A stretch of DNA of 64,000 nt, from positions 462,647 to 526,646 of the forward strand of contig SCUL01000002.1 of NCBI GenBank assembly GCA_004297205.1, given 5' to 3'. Shown one piece after another: positions 23,427 to 34,854 of this stretch. Each line of letters opens with the position of its first letter. Within the stretch, counting starts at the first letter, position 1. The DNA is from Patescibacteria group bacterium (GTDB lineage: Bacteria > Patescibacteriota > Patescibacteriia > 2-12-FULL-57-11). A program made the translations under genes and the position numbers. Under the pieces are notes generated by a model. It was not told where the DNA came from, did no database searches, and saw nothing but the letters and a program-made list of their open reading frames with translations.

Positions 23427-25079
23427 TCACGGCATCGGCAGGAGCGCGGCGTCCGACTTGTGGAACGTGAAGCCGGCGTAATCGACCGTGTCCTTGCCGC
23501 GCGCGTCGATCCAGAAGAGATAGGTTCTGCTCGGAAGGAGGAGCTCTTCCCGGATCCCGCTCGCGGCCTGCACGTCGCGGTCGACGTAGTCCGTCACGAT
23601 CACGATCGTCTCCGTATCCGCGGGAATGGGAATGTCTTTGCCGAGCGTTCTTGACGCGGGGGCATGCCACCGCGTTTTGAAGAACGAGGGCTCGCCGCCG
23701 ACGAGCTCGGTGACGTCGTAGGCCGGAAGATAATAGCCCATGTGACGGAAGTACGGCTGTGTGCCGTCCCTCCAGACGTCGCTTCCCGGCGGACGGAACC
23801 GCATCCCGATCTCCGTGACGATCGCCGTCGTCTCCGGAGGGTGGGCGCGGATACTGCTCAGGATTTGGTCGAGCGACGCATCGCGCTGCGCGAGCGTGGT
23901 GCGGGTGAACGTCGTCACGAGGTGATTCTTGCGCTCCACAAACTTGGCCGCTTCCCACAGCGCCGGCACCCGGCGGAACGCGGGGTCGTTGAGCAGGAGA
24001 AAGCTCAGCGCACCGGATGCGATGACGAACGCAAAGAGCCCGGCGGCGATCGCGCGGCCGCGGTCCTGCTCCATCATTCGCGCCGCGGGGAACAAGAACA
24101 GAAGGAGAAGCGCCGGCGCCACGGTCATGAGGTAGCCGCTGCCTCCCATGTGGATGAAGAGGTAGACGAACAGCGAGGGCAACACCCAGACGAGCGCGAT
24201 GACGGCGAGGATGCCGTCCCCCGGACGGATCAGTCCGCGGACAGGCCGCCGGAAGATGACAACGGCGAGGGGAACAACCAGAGCCGCGTGGAGGATTGCG
24301 AGGATCGTTTTCCCAACGAACGCCGCCTTGGCCATGGTGGCGCCGAAGGGCGCGCCCAAGAAGGGAGACGTCGTACCTGCGGAGATCGCAGCCTGCGCGC
24401 CGAGCACCGCCATGAACGCGCCGATGCCGCCGGCCAACCCGATGAGCGGCACGAGCCACAGGGCGGTCAATCCCACGCCGACGCCGACGTTCAGGAGGAC
24501 GTCCCGGATCGTGCACCTCTTTGCGCGGACGAGCGCGGCAAACGACAAAATCCAGAGCGGAAGGAGCAGTAGGGTCGAACTCTGCCGGTATCCGCCGTAG
24601 AGCGCGAGCAGCGCGGTGAGAGGAAGGAGCAGATGCGCGCGCTTCTCCCGCAGGATGCGGAGCGTGACATACGCGGCGGCGACGGAGATGAACGCGTCGC
24701 CGCTGTAGTTGAGCGCCACCTCGCCGTAAAACCAGAAGAATGGATTGAACGCAAAAGCGAGTGCAACAAGAATCGCCGCCGTGCGGTTGCGCACGAGCTG
24801 TTCGGCGAGCAGGAACACCATGACGGTCGCGGCGGCGGAGGCAAGGATCGACAACACCACGAAACCCGCGTTCACGTCGCGCGTGAGGACGGAAAGCAGC
24901 TGCGCCGCTCCTAGATACAGCACATACCCCGGCGGATGGGGCTGGTGATGCACCATATCGAACCGTTCAATCCCCAGTGCGAACTGGACGGAGTCCCAAT
25001 CAAAAAGGTACCGCGTGGCAAACGGCACGCGCGTCGCAAGGACGATCAGGAACAACGCGGTGGGGGCGGACCGGCGCAT
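23427..25079 (-). CDS. GT-C membrane glycosyltransferase (DUF2723-like)
   Basis: DWDSVQF..HQPHPPGY and many TM segments. Confidence 0.75.
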   Translation of the reverse strand: MRRSAPTALFLIVLATRVPFATRYLFDWDSVQFALGIERFDMVHHQPHPPGYVLYLGAAQLLSVLTRDVNAGFVVLSILASAAATVMVFLLAEQLVRNRTAAILVALAFAFNPFFWFYGEVALNYSGDAFISVAAAYVTLRILREKRAHLLLPLTALLALYGGYRQSSTLLLLPLWILSFAALVRAKRCTIRDVLLNVGVGVGLTALWLVPLIGLAGGIGAFMAVLGAQAAISAGTTSPFLGAPFGATMAKAAFVGKTILAILHAALVVPLAVVIFRRPVRGLIRPGDGILAVIALVWVLPSLFVYLFIHMGGSGYLMTVAPALLLLFLFPAARMMEQDRGRAIAAGLFAFVIASGALSFLLLNDPAFRRVPALWEAAKFVERKNHLVTTFTRTTLAQRDASLDQILSSIRAHPPETTAIVTEIGMRFRPPGSDVWRDGTQPYFRHMGYYLPAYDVTELVGGEPSFFKTRWHAPASRTLGKDIPIPADTETIVIVTDYVDRDVQAASGIREELLLPSRTYLFWIDARGKDTVDYAGFTFHKSDAALLPMP

Positions 25080-25164
25080 GATGCGGATTGTAATGTGCTC
25101 ATCTTTATCTTGAAAGACAGAACATTGACGCGCGGGAAAAATTCGGTTACATTCTCCGCCGCAT

Positions 25165-25239
25165 GGCCTCATCGTCTAGTGGTTAGGACAGCGGCTTTTC
25201 AAGCCGTGAACGGGGGTTCGATTCCCCCTGAGGCTACCA
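25165..25239 (+). tRNA. tRNA-Glu(TTC)
   Basis: Cloverleaf with loop TTTTCAA and 3' CCA; upstream TTGACG-17-TACATT. Confidence 0.95.
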
Positions 25240-25240
25240 T

Positions 25241-25343
25241 GGACCCGTACCTCAACAGTTGAGCGCTGATCGGAACGTCGATCCTTTCGCTACCGGTCGA
25301 CGTCCCTTTCAGGGGCGAGTGCAACTCTCGCACGGTTCACCCA
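25241..25343 (+). ncRNA. tRNA-like RNA with extended anticodon arm
   Basis: Acceptor-like, D-like and T-like (GCGAG-TGCAACT-CTCGC) arms with a long central stem. Confidence 0.55.
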
Positions 25344-25371
25344 AAACACCCCGCCAAGGCGGGGTGTTTTG
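25342..25371. terminator. Bidirectional intrinsic terminator
   Basis: CAAAACACCCCGCC-AA-GGCGGGGTGTTTTG. Confidence 0.8.
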
Positions 25372-25425
25372 TTTTCAGCCAAGGGACTCGAACGAAGATA
25401 AAAAGTATCCGCCGGGAGGGGCGGA

Positions 25426-25845
25426 TCACGTCTGCTTCTTGGGACGCTTCTCGTCGTGTGCCTTGCGCAGGGCCAGGGCGTCCTTGTACTCCGCGACGAC
25501 CCGCAAGTCGACATTGCGGGCATCCTTTGCCGCTGCCCTCATGCAGGCGGCGACGTAAGCGTTCTTGGTGGCGACCACGATCTTTGCGCCGCCCTTGCCG
25601 GCGAACTCCCTGAACGCATTCCAGAGCGCCTCGGGCGCGTCGGGCGCGACCTGTTCGACCGTCGCACAACTGACGATCCAGAAGGCGCCCGGCTCTATCA
25701 GCAGGCGCACCATCTCCATCTCCTTCTCCACGGCCTTCGCATTCAGGATCCGCGGGAAGGTGGTTTGCGGGTCGCCCTTGAGCAGCTCCTTCAGCATGAA
25801 CTGCGCCGAGCGGCCTGGCGGCAGCGTCTTATTGTCGTCACCCAT
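25426..25845 (-). CDS. Hypothetical protein
   Basis: SD AAGGAG; upstream TTGACA..TACAAT; 139 aa. Confidence 0.6.
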   Translation of the reverse strand: MGDDNKTLPPGRSAQFMLKELLKGDPQTTFPRILNAKAVEKEMEMVRLLIEPGAFWIVSCATVEQVAPDAPEALWNAFREFAGKGGAKIVVATKNAYVAACMRAAAKDARNVDLRVVAEYKDALALRKAHDEKRPKKQT

Positions 25846-25960
25846 CACGGCTCCTTTGGGGTGTTGCCGCATTGTACGCAGCGCCGCCGCCTTGTCAATC
25901 CTGACCTCCCGTGGTTGAATTGCCCGGCATCTTCGCGGTGAAGATGAGGAGGTTTCGGAC

Positions 25961-27247
25961 ATGGATCGGAGGACGCAGAATTCCGTGGTCGTCATCGGCG
26001 GCGGCGGACGCGAACACGCGCTCGTCTGGAAGCTGCGGCAGTCCCCGCTCGTCGATCTCGTGACGTGCATCCCGGGCAACGCCGGCATCGCCGAGATCGC
26101 GCAGTGCATCCCGGCGGATCTCGCCAAGACCGACGAGCTGACGAAGATGATCGTGGACCTGCAGCCGGACCTGGTCGTCGTCGGTCCGGAAAAACCGCTC
26201 GCCGACGGGCTGGTCGATGCACTCGCGGCGAAGGGCGTCCGGGTCTTCGGTCCGAGCGCGGCAGCGGCGCAGATCGAAAGTTCCAAAGCGTTCGCCAAGC
26301 GGCTGATGCAGCGGGCGGACGTGCCGACGCCGGGTTTCTCCATCGCCGGCAACATGAACGAGGCATCGCGGTACATCCGTGCCGCAAGCGGTCCGCTCGT
26401 CGTCAAAGCCGACGGCCTGTGCGCGGGCAAGGGCGTCGTGGTCTGCGCGACGCAGGACGAAGCCCTGGCCGCGGCGGAAGCCGTGCTCGTCCAACGGATC
26501 CACGGCGATGCCGGCTATCGCGTCGTCGTCGAGGAACGGATCGTCGGCCGCGAACTCTCGGTCATGGCGCTGTGCGACGGCACGCGCGTGCTGCTGCTGC
26601 CCGCGGCGCAGGACTACAAGCGGCGCGAGGACGGCGACCGCGGCCCGATGACCGGTGGCATGGGCGCGTTCAGCCCGTCGCCGCTCGCCACCCCGGAGCT
26701 GCTCGAAACCGTCCGTACGAGGATCCTTGAACCGGTCGTCGCCGAGATGAAGCACGAAGGCGATCCCTTCCGCGGACTCCTCTACGCCGGACTGATGATC
26801 ACGGAACGCGGACCCCTAGTGCTCGAGTTCAACTGCCGCTTCGGCGATCCGGAAACCCAGGTCGTGCTGCCGCGCATCGAAGACGACCTCTACGAACTGC
26901 TCGTCTTCGCCGCCATGGGACGCTTCCCGAGCGGCATCCGCGCGGTCTCAACATCGCCCCGCGCCGCGGTCTGCGTCGTGAAGTGCGCCGCGGACTATCC
27001 GGCGGGCGGCTCAAAGGACGTGCCGCTCACCTGGACGACCCACGCGGACTTCACGGACGCGGAAATCTTCCATGCCGGCACGAAGGAAGACGGCCGCGGG
27101 CGTCCCGTCACAAACGGCGGGCGCGTGCTCGACATCGTGGGCATCGGCGACACGGTCGCGGGGGCGCGCCAACGCGCCTACACGGCGGCCGCGGACATCG
27201 GCTTCGCCGGCGAGGCGTTCCGCACCGACATCGCCGCAGACGTCTGA
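25961..27247 (+). CDS. purD: Phosphoribosylamine--glycine ligase
   Basis: GGGGREHAL, KADGLCAGKGV, QDYKR, TGGMGA, EFNCRFGDPE. Confidence 0.96.
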   Translation: MDRRTQNSVVVIGGGGREHALVWKLRQSPLVDLVTCIPGNAGIAEIAQCIPADLAKTDELTKMIVDLQPDLVVVGPEKPLADGLVDALAAKGVRVFGPSAAAAQIESSKAFAKRLMQRADVPTPGFSIAGNMNEASRYIRAASGPLVVKADGLCAGKGVVVCATQDEALAAAEAVLVQRIHGDAGYRVVVEERIVGRELSVMALCDGTRVLLLPAAQDYKRREDGDRGPMTGGMGAFSPSPLATPELLETVRTRILEPVVAEMKHEGDPFRGLLYAGLMITERGPLVLEFNCRFGDPETQVVLPRIEDDLYELLVFAAMGRFPSGIRAVSTSPRAAVCVVKCAADYPAGGSKDVPLTWTTHADFTDAEIFHAGTKEDGRGRPVTNGGRVLDIVGIGDTVAGARQRAYTAAADIGFAGEAFRTDIAADV

Positions 27248-27340
27248 CATCCTCCCCGGGAGGACGGTGGCCCACGGCCACCTGTTTTTTTACAAAAAAA
27301 GAAGGCGACTTGCGTCGCCGCGCCGCGCTCCCGAGTCCCG

Positions 27341-28843
<1,503 letters not shown>

Positions 28844-28934
28844 CTATTAGAGAGGAACGGCAGGTCCCCGTCAACGGTTGACGCGCCCGCAAGCGGCCGC
28901 CTACCATGGGGTGCCGAAAAGGCAAGGAGACGAC

Positions 28935-30248
28935 ATGAAGGGAAAAACGATGGCCGTCGTCGGCGCCCAGTGGGGCGACGAGGGTAAGGGGAAGATCGTG
29001 GATGCGCTGGCCGCGGACGCCGACATCATCGCCCGCTACGGCGGGGGCGCCAACGCCGGACACACCATCTGGGTGGACGGCAAGAAGACGGTGCTGCACC
29101 TGCTCCCCTCGAGCATCCTGCGGCCCGGCAAGACCAACGTCGTCGGCCCCTACGTGGTGGTCGATCCGGAGGTGCTCGTCGCGGAGCTCGCGATCGCCCG
29201 CAAGATCGGCGCGACGGTCATCCTCGATCCGCGCTGCCAGGTGGTCACGCCGTTGCACCGGCAGATCGACGTGCTGCGGGAGCTCACGAACGGCACGGGC
29301 GTGATCGGCACCACGGGCAAGGGCATCGGCCCGGCCTACGAGGACCTCGCGGCGCGTCGCGGCCCCAAGCTGCGCGACCTGCTGTCGACGAGACGGATGT
29401 TCCGCGCGCTCCGGGACCGGCACTTCCTCGAAGAGCGGATGCTCCTGATCCGGACGTACGCCGCCCAGGGGAAGGACGAAACGGACCCCATCCGCTGGCG
29501 GCTCTTCGCCGAGAACGGTCGCGACTGGCCGGAGCTCGAACTCTCCGGCTGGGGAGTCCAGCACGCCGAGACCATTGCTCCGCACCTCAAGGATGCGGCC
29601 GGCCTGATCGACGCGGCGGACGGCAAGACCCTCCTCTTCGAAGGCGCGCAGGGCATCATGCTCGGCATGGTGGCCGGCACGCAGCCGTACGTCACCGCGT
29701 CGCTGACCGGTCCGGGCGCGATCGGCGAGACGCTGGGCGTCCACCGCCTCGACCGGGTGATCGGCGTCGCCAAGGCCTACGTCACGCGCGTCGGCGGCGG
29801 TCCGTTCCCGACCGAAACGCCGGAGAAGGGCGACTGGCTGCGCGAGCGCGGTGCCGAGTACGGTGCAACGACCGGCCGGCCCAGGCGCTGCGGCTGGCTC
29901 GATCTGGTGGCGCTCCGCTACGCCTGCCGCATGGGCGGGATCACCGAGCTCGTCATCACCAAGCTCGACGTGCTGCGCGGCCTCGCGGAGATCCCCCTCT
30001 GCCGCGCCTACCACCGCGGCGACGGCGCGCCGTGCGTGCCGGAGGGCTTCGACGCGGAGGGACTCGACGGCTTCCAGCCGATCTACGAGACGCTCCCCGG
30101 CTGGAGCGAGGACATCTCCGGCTGCCGGAGCTGGGACGACCTGCCGGAGAACGTCCGGACGTTCCTGAATCTGGTCTCGCTCCAGCTCGGCGTCCCCGTG
30201 ACCGGCGCGAGCGTCGGTCCGGAACGCGAACAGATCGCCTGGCGATAA
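28935..30248 (+). CDS. purA: Adenylosuccinate synthetase
   Basis: GAQWGDEGKGK, GGANAGHT, GATTGRPRRCGWLD, TKLDVL. Confidence 0.95.
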   Translation: MKGKTMAVVGAQWGDEGKGKIVDALAADADIIARYGGGANAGHTIWVDGKKTVLHLLPSSILRPGKTNVVGPYVVVDPEVLVAELAIARKIGATVILDPRCQVVTPLHRQIDVLRELTNGTGVIGTTGKGIGPAYEDLAARRGPKLRDLLSTRRMFRALRDRHFLEERMLLIRTYAAQGKDETDPIRWRLFAENGRDWPELELSGWGVQHAETIAPHLKDAAGLIDAADGKTLLFEGAQGIMLGMVAGTQPYVTASLTGPGAIGETLGVHRLDRVIGVAKAYVTRVGGGPFPTETPEKGDWLRERGAEYGATTGRPRRCGWLDLVALRYACRMGGITELVITKLDVLRGLAEIPLCRAYHRGDGAPCVPEGFDAEGLDGFQPIYETLPGWSEDISGCRSWDDLPENVRTFLNLVSLQLGVPVTGASVGPEREQIAWR

Positions 30249-30355
30249 CCGACCGGACGGCACCCGCATCGGGCGGGGCCGCCGGTCTCTTTTTTATGCG
30301 AAAAAAAGTAGCGGATGCGTGTGCATCCGCCGGCGCCGTGGCGCCGTTCCCGCGC

Positions 30356-32095
30356 TCAGACGCCGTGGCCGAAGAAACCCCGGCCGTCCTTGTCCGGGAT
30401 CATGACGAGCGTCACCCCGGCCGCCTTGCAGGTCGCCTGCACGTCCGTGTCCTTCCTCGCCCCGCTCGTGGCGAAGATCGTGCGCACGCCCGCGGCGATG
30501 AGCTTCTCCGGCCCGTCGATGAACGGGAAGAAGCTGTCGCTGTAGGCCACGGCGCCGCGCACGTCGTGCGGCGGCACGTCCTTGTGGTGTTGGCGCGTGG
30601 CGCGCGCGATCGCGGTCTGAGCCGCGAAGACGCGGTCCTGCTGGCCGACGCCGTTGCCGATGAGCGCGCCCATGCGCACCAGCGAGATCGTGTTCGAGTT
30701 GCTGGTGCAGCCCACGGCCCACGCCAGGATGACGTTGGCCTTGTCTGCCTCGATGAGCTCGCCGAAGATCTCGACCCGGGCGTGGCGCAGATCCATCACG
30801 AACGTGTAGTTCGGCTGGAGGGTGAAGCCGCCGCGCACACGCTTCAGCAGCGGCGTGCCGTCGAGCGAGGCCGGCGTGAGCCGACCGAGCTCGGAGTTCA
30901 CGATGCCGCGGCACTTGCCGTGATCGACGCGGTCGAGCTCCTTGAACGCCTCGGGGGTGATCTCCGGGGCGATGACCCCGTCGAGCAGCCGCTTCTTGAG
31001 GCCGGTGTCGGCGAAGTGGAGGTGCTGGCGCAGCAGCTCCGCCTCGGGCAGGCCGATCGGGAAGTTCGTCATGACGAAGCCCCCGTGGACCGCCGTGAGG
31101 TCGCCGGCGAGCATCCCCCTGAGGGCGCCCGCCGCGTCCGGTGCGATCGCGGCGCCGCAGGCGTTGCCGTGCTTGACCCCGACCGCGATCATCGGCGAAC
31201 CGAGCTGGTTCACCGCGAACCCGGCCTGGACGTGCGTGACCGTCTGCAGCAGCCGGTCGAGGTCGGTTATGTTCACGAGACTCGGCGGCTGGCTGCCCTC
31301 GAGGATCTCGAAGCGATGCACCGCGAGCGGGTCCTCGTCCGTGGTCCGGTAGAGCGTCGCCTCCGCCTGCTGCGGATTCTCGCCGTACTTGACCGGCCAC
31401 TCGTCGACCCGCTCCCCGGCCAGGAAGTAGTACTTCCCCTTGCCGTGGTAGGCGGCCGACGCGCCGCAGTAGCGCGCGACGAGGTACTCGCCGTACGCCA
31501 CGCCCTCGGTGATGAACTCGTCCGAGGCGGCGCGCCCGTCGCGCAGCGCGGCGAGCGTCTCCTCGTAGCACGCCGGGTTCAACACGAGGATGCGCCGGCC
31601 CTTCGCGCCGGAGCGAACCATCGTCGGACCGCCGATGTCGGTGCCCTCGATGACCTCCTCGACCGTCACGCCGGGCTTCGCGATCGTCCGCTCGAGCGGG
31701 TAGAAGTTCACCACGACGATGTCGATCGACGGGATGCCCATCCGCGCCAGCTCGTCGCGATCCTCCTCGACGTAGCGCGCGAGCAGCCCCGCGCTGATCT
31801 CCCGCGAGAGCGTCTTGACGCGGTCCCGCAGGAACGGCTGCCCCGTCTCCTCGAGAATGGCGGCGATGGTGTCCGCCGGCACCTTGTGACGCTCGAGGAC
31901 CGTCCGGAGCGAGCAGCGCAGCAGCTCGGTGACGTCCGTGACCGCGACACCCCCCACGCGCAGCTCCTTGGCGGTGCCGCCGGTCGAGTAGATGGTGATG
32001 CCCTGCTCGACGAGCTCCCGGCAGAACGGGACGATGCCCGTCTTGTCCGAGACCGAGACCAGGGCGGTCTTCGGCTTCCAGTTCTCGATGTTCAT
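30356..32095 (-). CDS. purH: Bifunctional AICAR transformylase/IMP cyclohydrolase (divergent)
   Basis: ALVSVSDKTG, STGGT, DIGGPTM, YGENPQQ, VKHGNACG, SDSFFPF. Confidence 0.9.
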   Translation of the reverse strand: MNIENWKPKTALVSVSDKTGIVPFCRELVEQGITIYSTGGTAKELRVGGVAVTDVTELLRCSLRTVLERHKVPADTIAAILEETGQPFLRDRVKTLSREISAGLLARYVEEDRDELARMGIPSIDIVVVNFYPLERTIAKPGVTVEEVIEGTDIGGPTMVRSGAKGRRILVLNPACYEETLAALRDGRAASDEFITEGVAYGEYLVARYCGASAAYHGKGKYYFLAGERVDEWPVKYGENPQQAEATLYRTTDEDPLAVHRFEILEGSQPPSLVNITDLDRLLQTVTHVQAGFAVNQLGSPMIAVGVKHGNACGAAIAPDAAGALRGMLAGDLTAVHGGFVMTNFPIGLPEAELLRQHLHFADTGLKKRLLDGVIAPEITPEAFKELDRVDHGKCRGIVNSELGRLTPASLDGTPLLKRVRGGFTLQPNYTFVMDLRHARVEIFGELIEADKANVILAWAVGCTSNSNTISLVRMGALIGNGVGQQDRVFAAQTAIARATRQHHKDVPPHDVRGAVAYSDSFFPFIDGPEKLIAAGVRTIFATSGARKDTDVQATCKAAGVTLVMIPDKDGRGFFGHGV

Positions 32096-32235
32096 GACCT
32101 GTTTCCTCCTGCCCTGTCGTCGGGCGGCAAAAGAGTAGCGAAGAACAGGGAAAAACGCTACCGTGTCCCTGTAATCGCCGACTGTCGCCCGCCGTAAGAG
32201 TGTGCAGGATGCTGCATACCTCAGAAGGCGCGGCC

Positions 32236-32805
32236 ATGGCCATGACCGACGCCCTGCCCCATCGCGACGAGGATACGGCGCTCGCCATCCGTGCCAAGAC
32301 GGAGCGGGAAGCCTTCGGCATGCTCTTCGACCGCTGGCTGCCCAAGATCTACGGCTACATCTACCGCCGCATCGGACACCGCGAAACGGCCGAGGACCTC
32401 GCCAGCCGCGCCTTCGAGAAGGCCTACGGCGCGATCCGGTCCTTCGACGCCAAGAAAGGAAGCTGGAGTTCCTGGATGTATCGCATCGCCACGAACGTGC
32501 TCTACGACCACTACCGCTCCGCCAAGGACGTGGTACTGCTCGAGGAGGATGCCGCCGAGGCGCTGCCGTCCAAAGAAGATTTGAACCTGCTCGTCGACCG
32601 CGGGTTCGACGCGGTGCGCGTGCGCGCCGCGATGGAAGGCATGCCCGAACGCTACAAGTCGGCCATCGCCCTGCGCTTCTTCGAAGAGCGCACCACGGAA
32701 GAGATGATGGAGATTCTCGAGGTGAAACGCGGAACGCTCGCCGTGCTCATGCATCGGAGCCTGCGCGCGCTCGGCCGACGCCTCGTAGAGAGACCGGACG
32801 CCTAA
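32236..32805 (+). CDS. ECF RNA polymerase sigma factor
   Basis: AEDLAS..SWMYRIATN region 2 and region 4 HTH. Confidence 0.9.
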   Translation: MAMTDALPHRDEDTALAIRAKTEREAFGMLFDRWLPKIYGYIYRRIGHRETAEDLASRAFEKAYGAIRSFDAKKGSWSSWMYRIATNVLYDHYRSAKDVVLLEEDAAEALPSKEDLNLLVDRGFDAVRVRAAMEGMPERYKSAIALRFFEERTTEEMMEILEVKRGTLAVLMHRSLRALGRRLVERPDA

Positions 32806-32812
32806 CTTTTAT

Positions 32813-34768
32813 ATGACTCATCGCGAGCCCACGCCCGACGAACTCCTCTCGGCACTCGAGGGGAAGGCCCTGCCCGGGGACGCGCATGACGCGTACCTCC
32901 GGCTTGGCCGTGCCCTCGAGCGCGCCGCGCCGCCGGTCGAAGAACCGGACGTGTTCTTCGCCGGCCGGCTGAAGGCCAGGCTCGCCACTCCTATGCCGCA
33001 ACCCCGAGTCCCCATTGCCGCGCTCTTGCTGCCACTCGTCGGCGTCATCGCCATCGCGGCCGTTGTCTTCGCCCTGCCACGCCAGAATCCGGCCGCCCCC
33101 GCCGCTGCGCCGGAAAGCGCCACGGCCACGGACGCCTCCTCCAAGATCGCCGGGCTCGGCGGCGAACTGACGCTCGTCGTCGGCGACGTCCGCTGGCGCG
33201 CCACAGCCACCGATGCCTGGCAGGCCGCGAGCGAAGGCGCACAGATCGCGCCGGGCGCCGAACTCGACGTGCCCGGCAACGGCCGCGCCATCGTGACTTT
33301 GGATGACGGCAGCGCCGTGCGCTTGAACGGCAAAACCACGCTCGCCTTTTCCGCCGTCACCCGCGAGGCCGTCGAAATCCGCGAATCCCGCGGCACCGCC
33401 TACTACCGTGTCGTGAAAGACCCGAACCGCACCTTCACGGTCGTCACGGAGGAAGGCACGGTCACCGCGCTCGGCACGGCCTTTGCCGTGGCCCGCGACG
33501 CCGAAAAGAAGACCCTCGACGTCAACTGCATCGAATCCAAAGTGAAGATCGCCCTCGCCAAGGACGGCACCAAGCTCGAGAAGGAACTCGGCCAGGGCAA
33601 GACGCTGTCCTACGACGGCAAAAAATCGCCGGACGCCGGCACCAAGGAGTCGGCCATCGATCCGCAAAAGATCGCGGTCGTCCCCTTCTTCGCCTGGAAC
33701 ATCACGCAGGACGCCAAGGAAGGCGCGCCGCTCGGCATCGCCGCCGAAGTCAAAGAACTGGCCGAAGCCGCAGACAACGGCGATACGGAGAAGGTCGCGT
33801 TGCTGACGGAGGAGGAACAAGCGCTCGCCGCCGTGGCTCCGGAACCGAAGCCGGCGCCCGCTCCGGTGACCGGCATCACGCTCTCGGGCACGCTGTCCGG
33901 CACCACCGCCAAACTGAGCTGGAAGGTGAACGGCGTGGACGTTTCCGAAGGCTTCAAGGTGGTCTACGCCAAACAGAGCGGCCCGACCTATCCCGGCAGC
34001 TCGGCGAGCTTCCAGGGCAGCGAGGTACGCTCGGCCGCGATCGGCAATCTTCCGGCCGGCAACACCGTCTACTTCCGGGTCTGCGCCTATCACGGCGGCG
34101 GCTGCTCCACCTATTCCAATGAAGTGAAACTGGTCGTACCCGCCGCCGAACCCAAGCCGGTTTCGGGCGACGTGCCCCTCTCGCTCTCGGGCATCGTCAG
34201 CGGCACGACGGCCTCCGTGAAGTGGACCGCGACGGGCGACGTCTCGGGCGGCTTCAAACTCGTCTGGAACAAGACCGGTTCCCCGGTCTATCCCGGCGAC
34301 AACGCCACCTACATCGACGGCGGCACGCGCGCCTCCTCCATCAAAGGACTGCCGGAGAACACGGCCGTCTTCATCCGGATCTGCCGCTACACCGGCAGCG
34401 GTTGCGACGTATACTCCAACCAAGTAACGCTCCAGACCGGCACGGCCCCGGTCAAAGCCACGGGCGGATACAGCCCGATCAGCGGCCAGCAGCAGCTCTC
34501 CGTCCAGCAGGCGCCGAACGGCATGCAGCTCAACTGGACGCCGAGCACCATCCCGAACTTCATCTACTATAAGGTGGTGCGCTCGGAGACGAATGGCGAC
34601 CCGTACTACCCGAACGACGGGTACGTCACGGCCATCTCCAATCAGAGCACGACCGGCTATACCGACACCTCGGCCATCTCCGGTACCACCTACTATTACC
34701 GGATCTGCGCGAAGGATGGCGACGGCATCGTCTGGTGCGGCAACGTCGTCACCATCACCGCTGAATGA
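32813..34768 (+). CDS. FecR-domain anti-sigma factor with FnIII-like extracellular domains
   Basis: Single TM; DDGSAVRL..GTVTALGTAFAV (FecR); repeated YFRVC/FIRIC/YYRIC modules. Confidence 0.8.
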   Translation: MTHREPTPDELLSALEGKALPGDAHDAYLRLGRALERAAPPVEEPDVFFAGRLKARLATPMPQPRVPIAALLLPLVGVIAIAAVVFALPRQNPAAPAAAPESATATDASSKIAGLGGELTLVVGDVRWRATATDAWQAASEGAQIAPGAELDVPGNGRAIVTLDDGSAVRLNGKTTLAFSAVTREAVEIRESRGTAYYRVVKDPNRTFTVVTEEGTVTALGTAFAVARDAEKKTLDVNCIESKVKIALAKDGTKLEKELGQGKTLSYDGKKSPDAGTKESAIDPQKIAVVPFFAWNITQDAKEGAPLGIAAEVKELAEAADNGDTEKVALLTEEEQALAAVAPEPKPAPAPVTGITLSGTLSGTTAKLSWKVNGVDVSEGFKVVYAKQSGPTYPGSSASFQGSEVRSAAIGNLPAGNTVYFRVCAYHGGGCSTYSNEVKLVVPAAEPKPVSGDVPLSLSGIVSGTTASVKWTATGDVSGGFKLVWNKTGSPVYPGDNATYIDGGTRASSIKGLPENTAVFIRICRYTGSGCDVYSNQVTLQTGTAPVKATGGYSPISGQQQLSVQQAPNGMQLNWTPSTIPNFIYYKVVRSETNGDPYYPNDGYVTAISNQSTTGYTDTSAISGTTYYYRICAKDGDGIVWCGNVVTITAE

Positions 34769-34854
34769 CAGGCAGCGCTGCGAAACCCCCGCTCCGGCGC
34801 GGGTTTCGTGCTTGACAGGCCGGCGCGCATCGCGTATCTTCGCGCCGACAACCT

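Noticed and set aside
28935-30248. PurZ (Z-genome) with the HD protein as DatZ
   Set aside because: The catalytic Asp is retained (GDEGKG, not GSxGKG), the HD gene is 20 kb away, and there is no phage context
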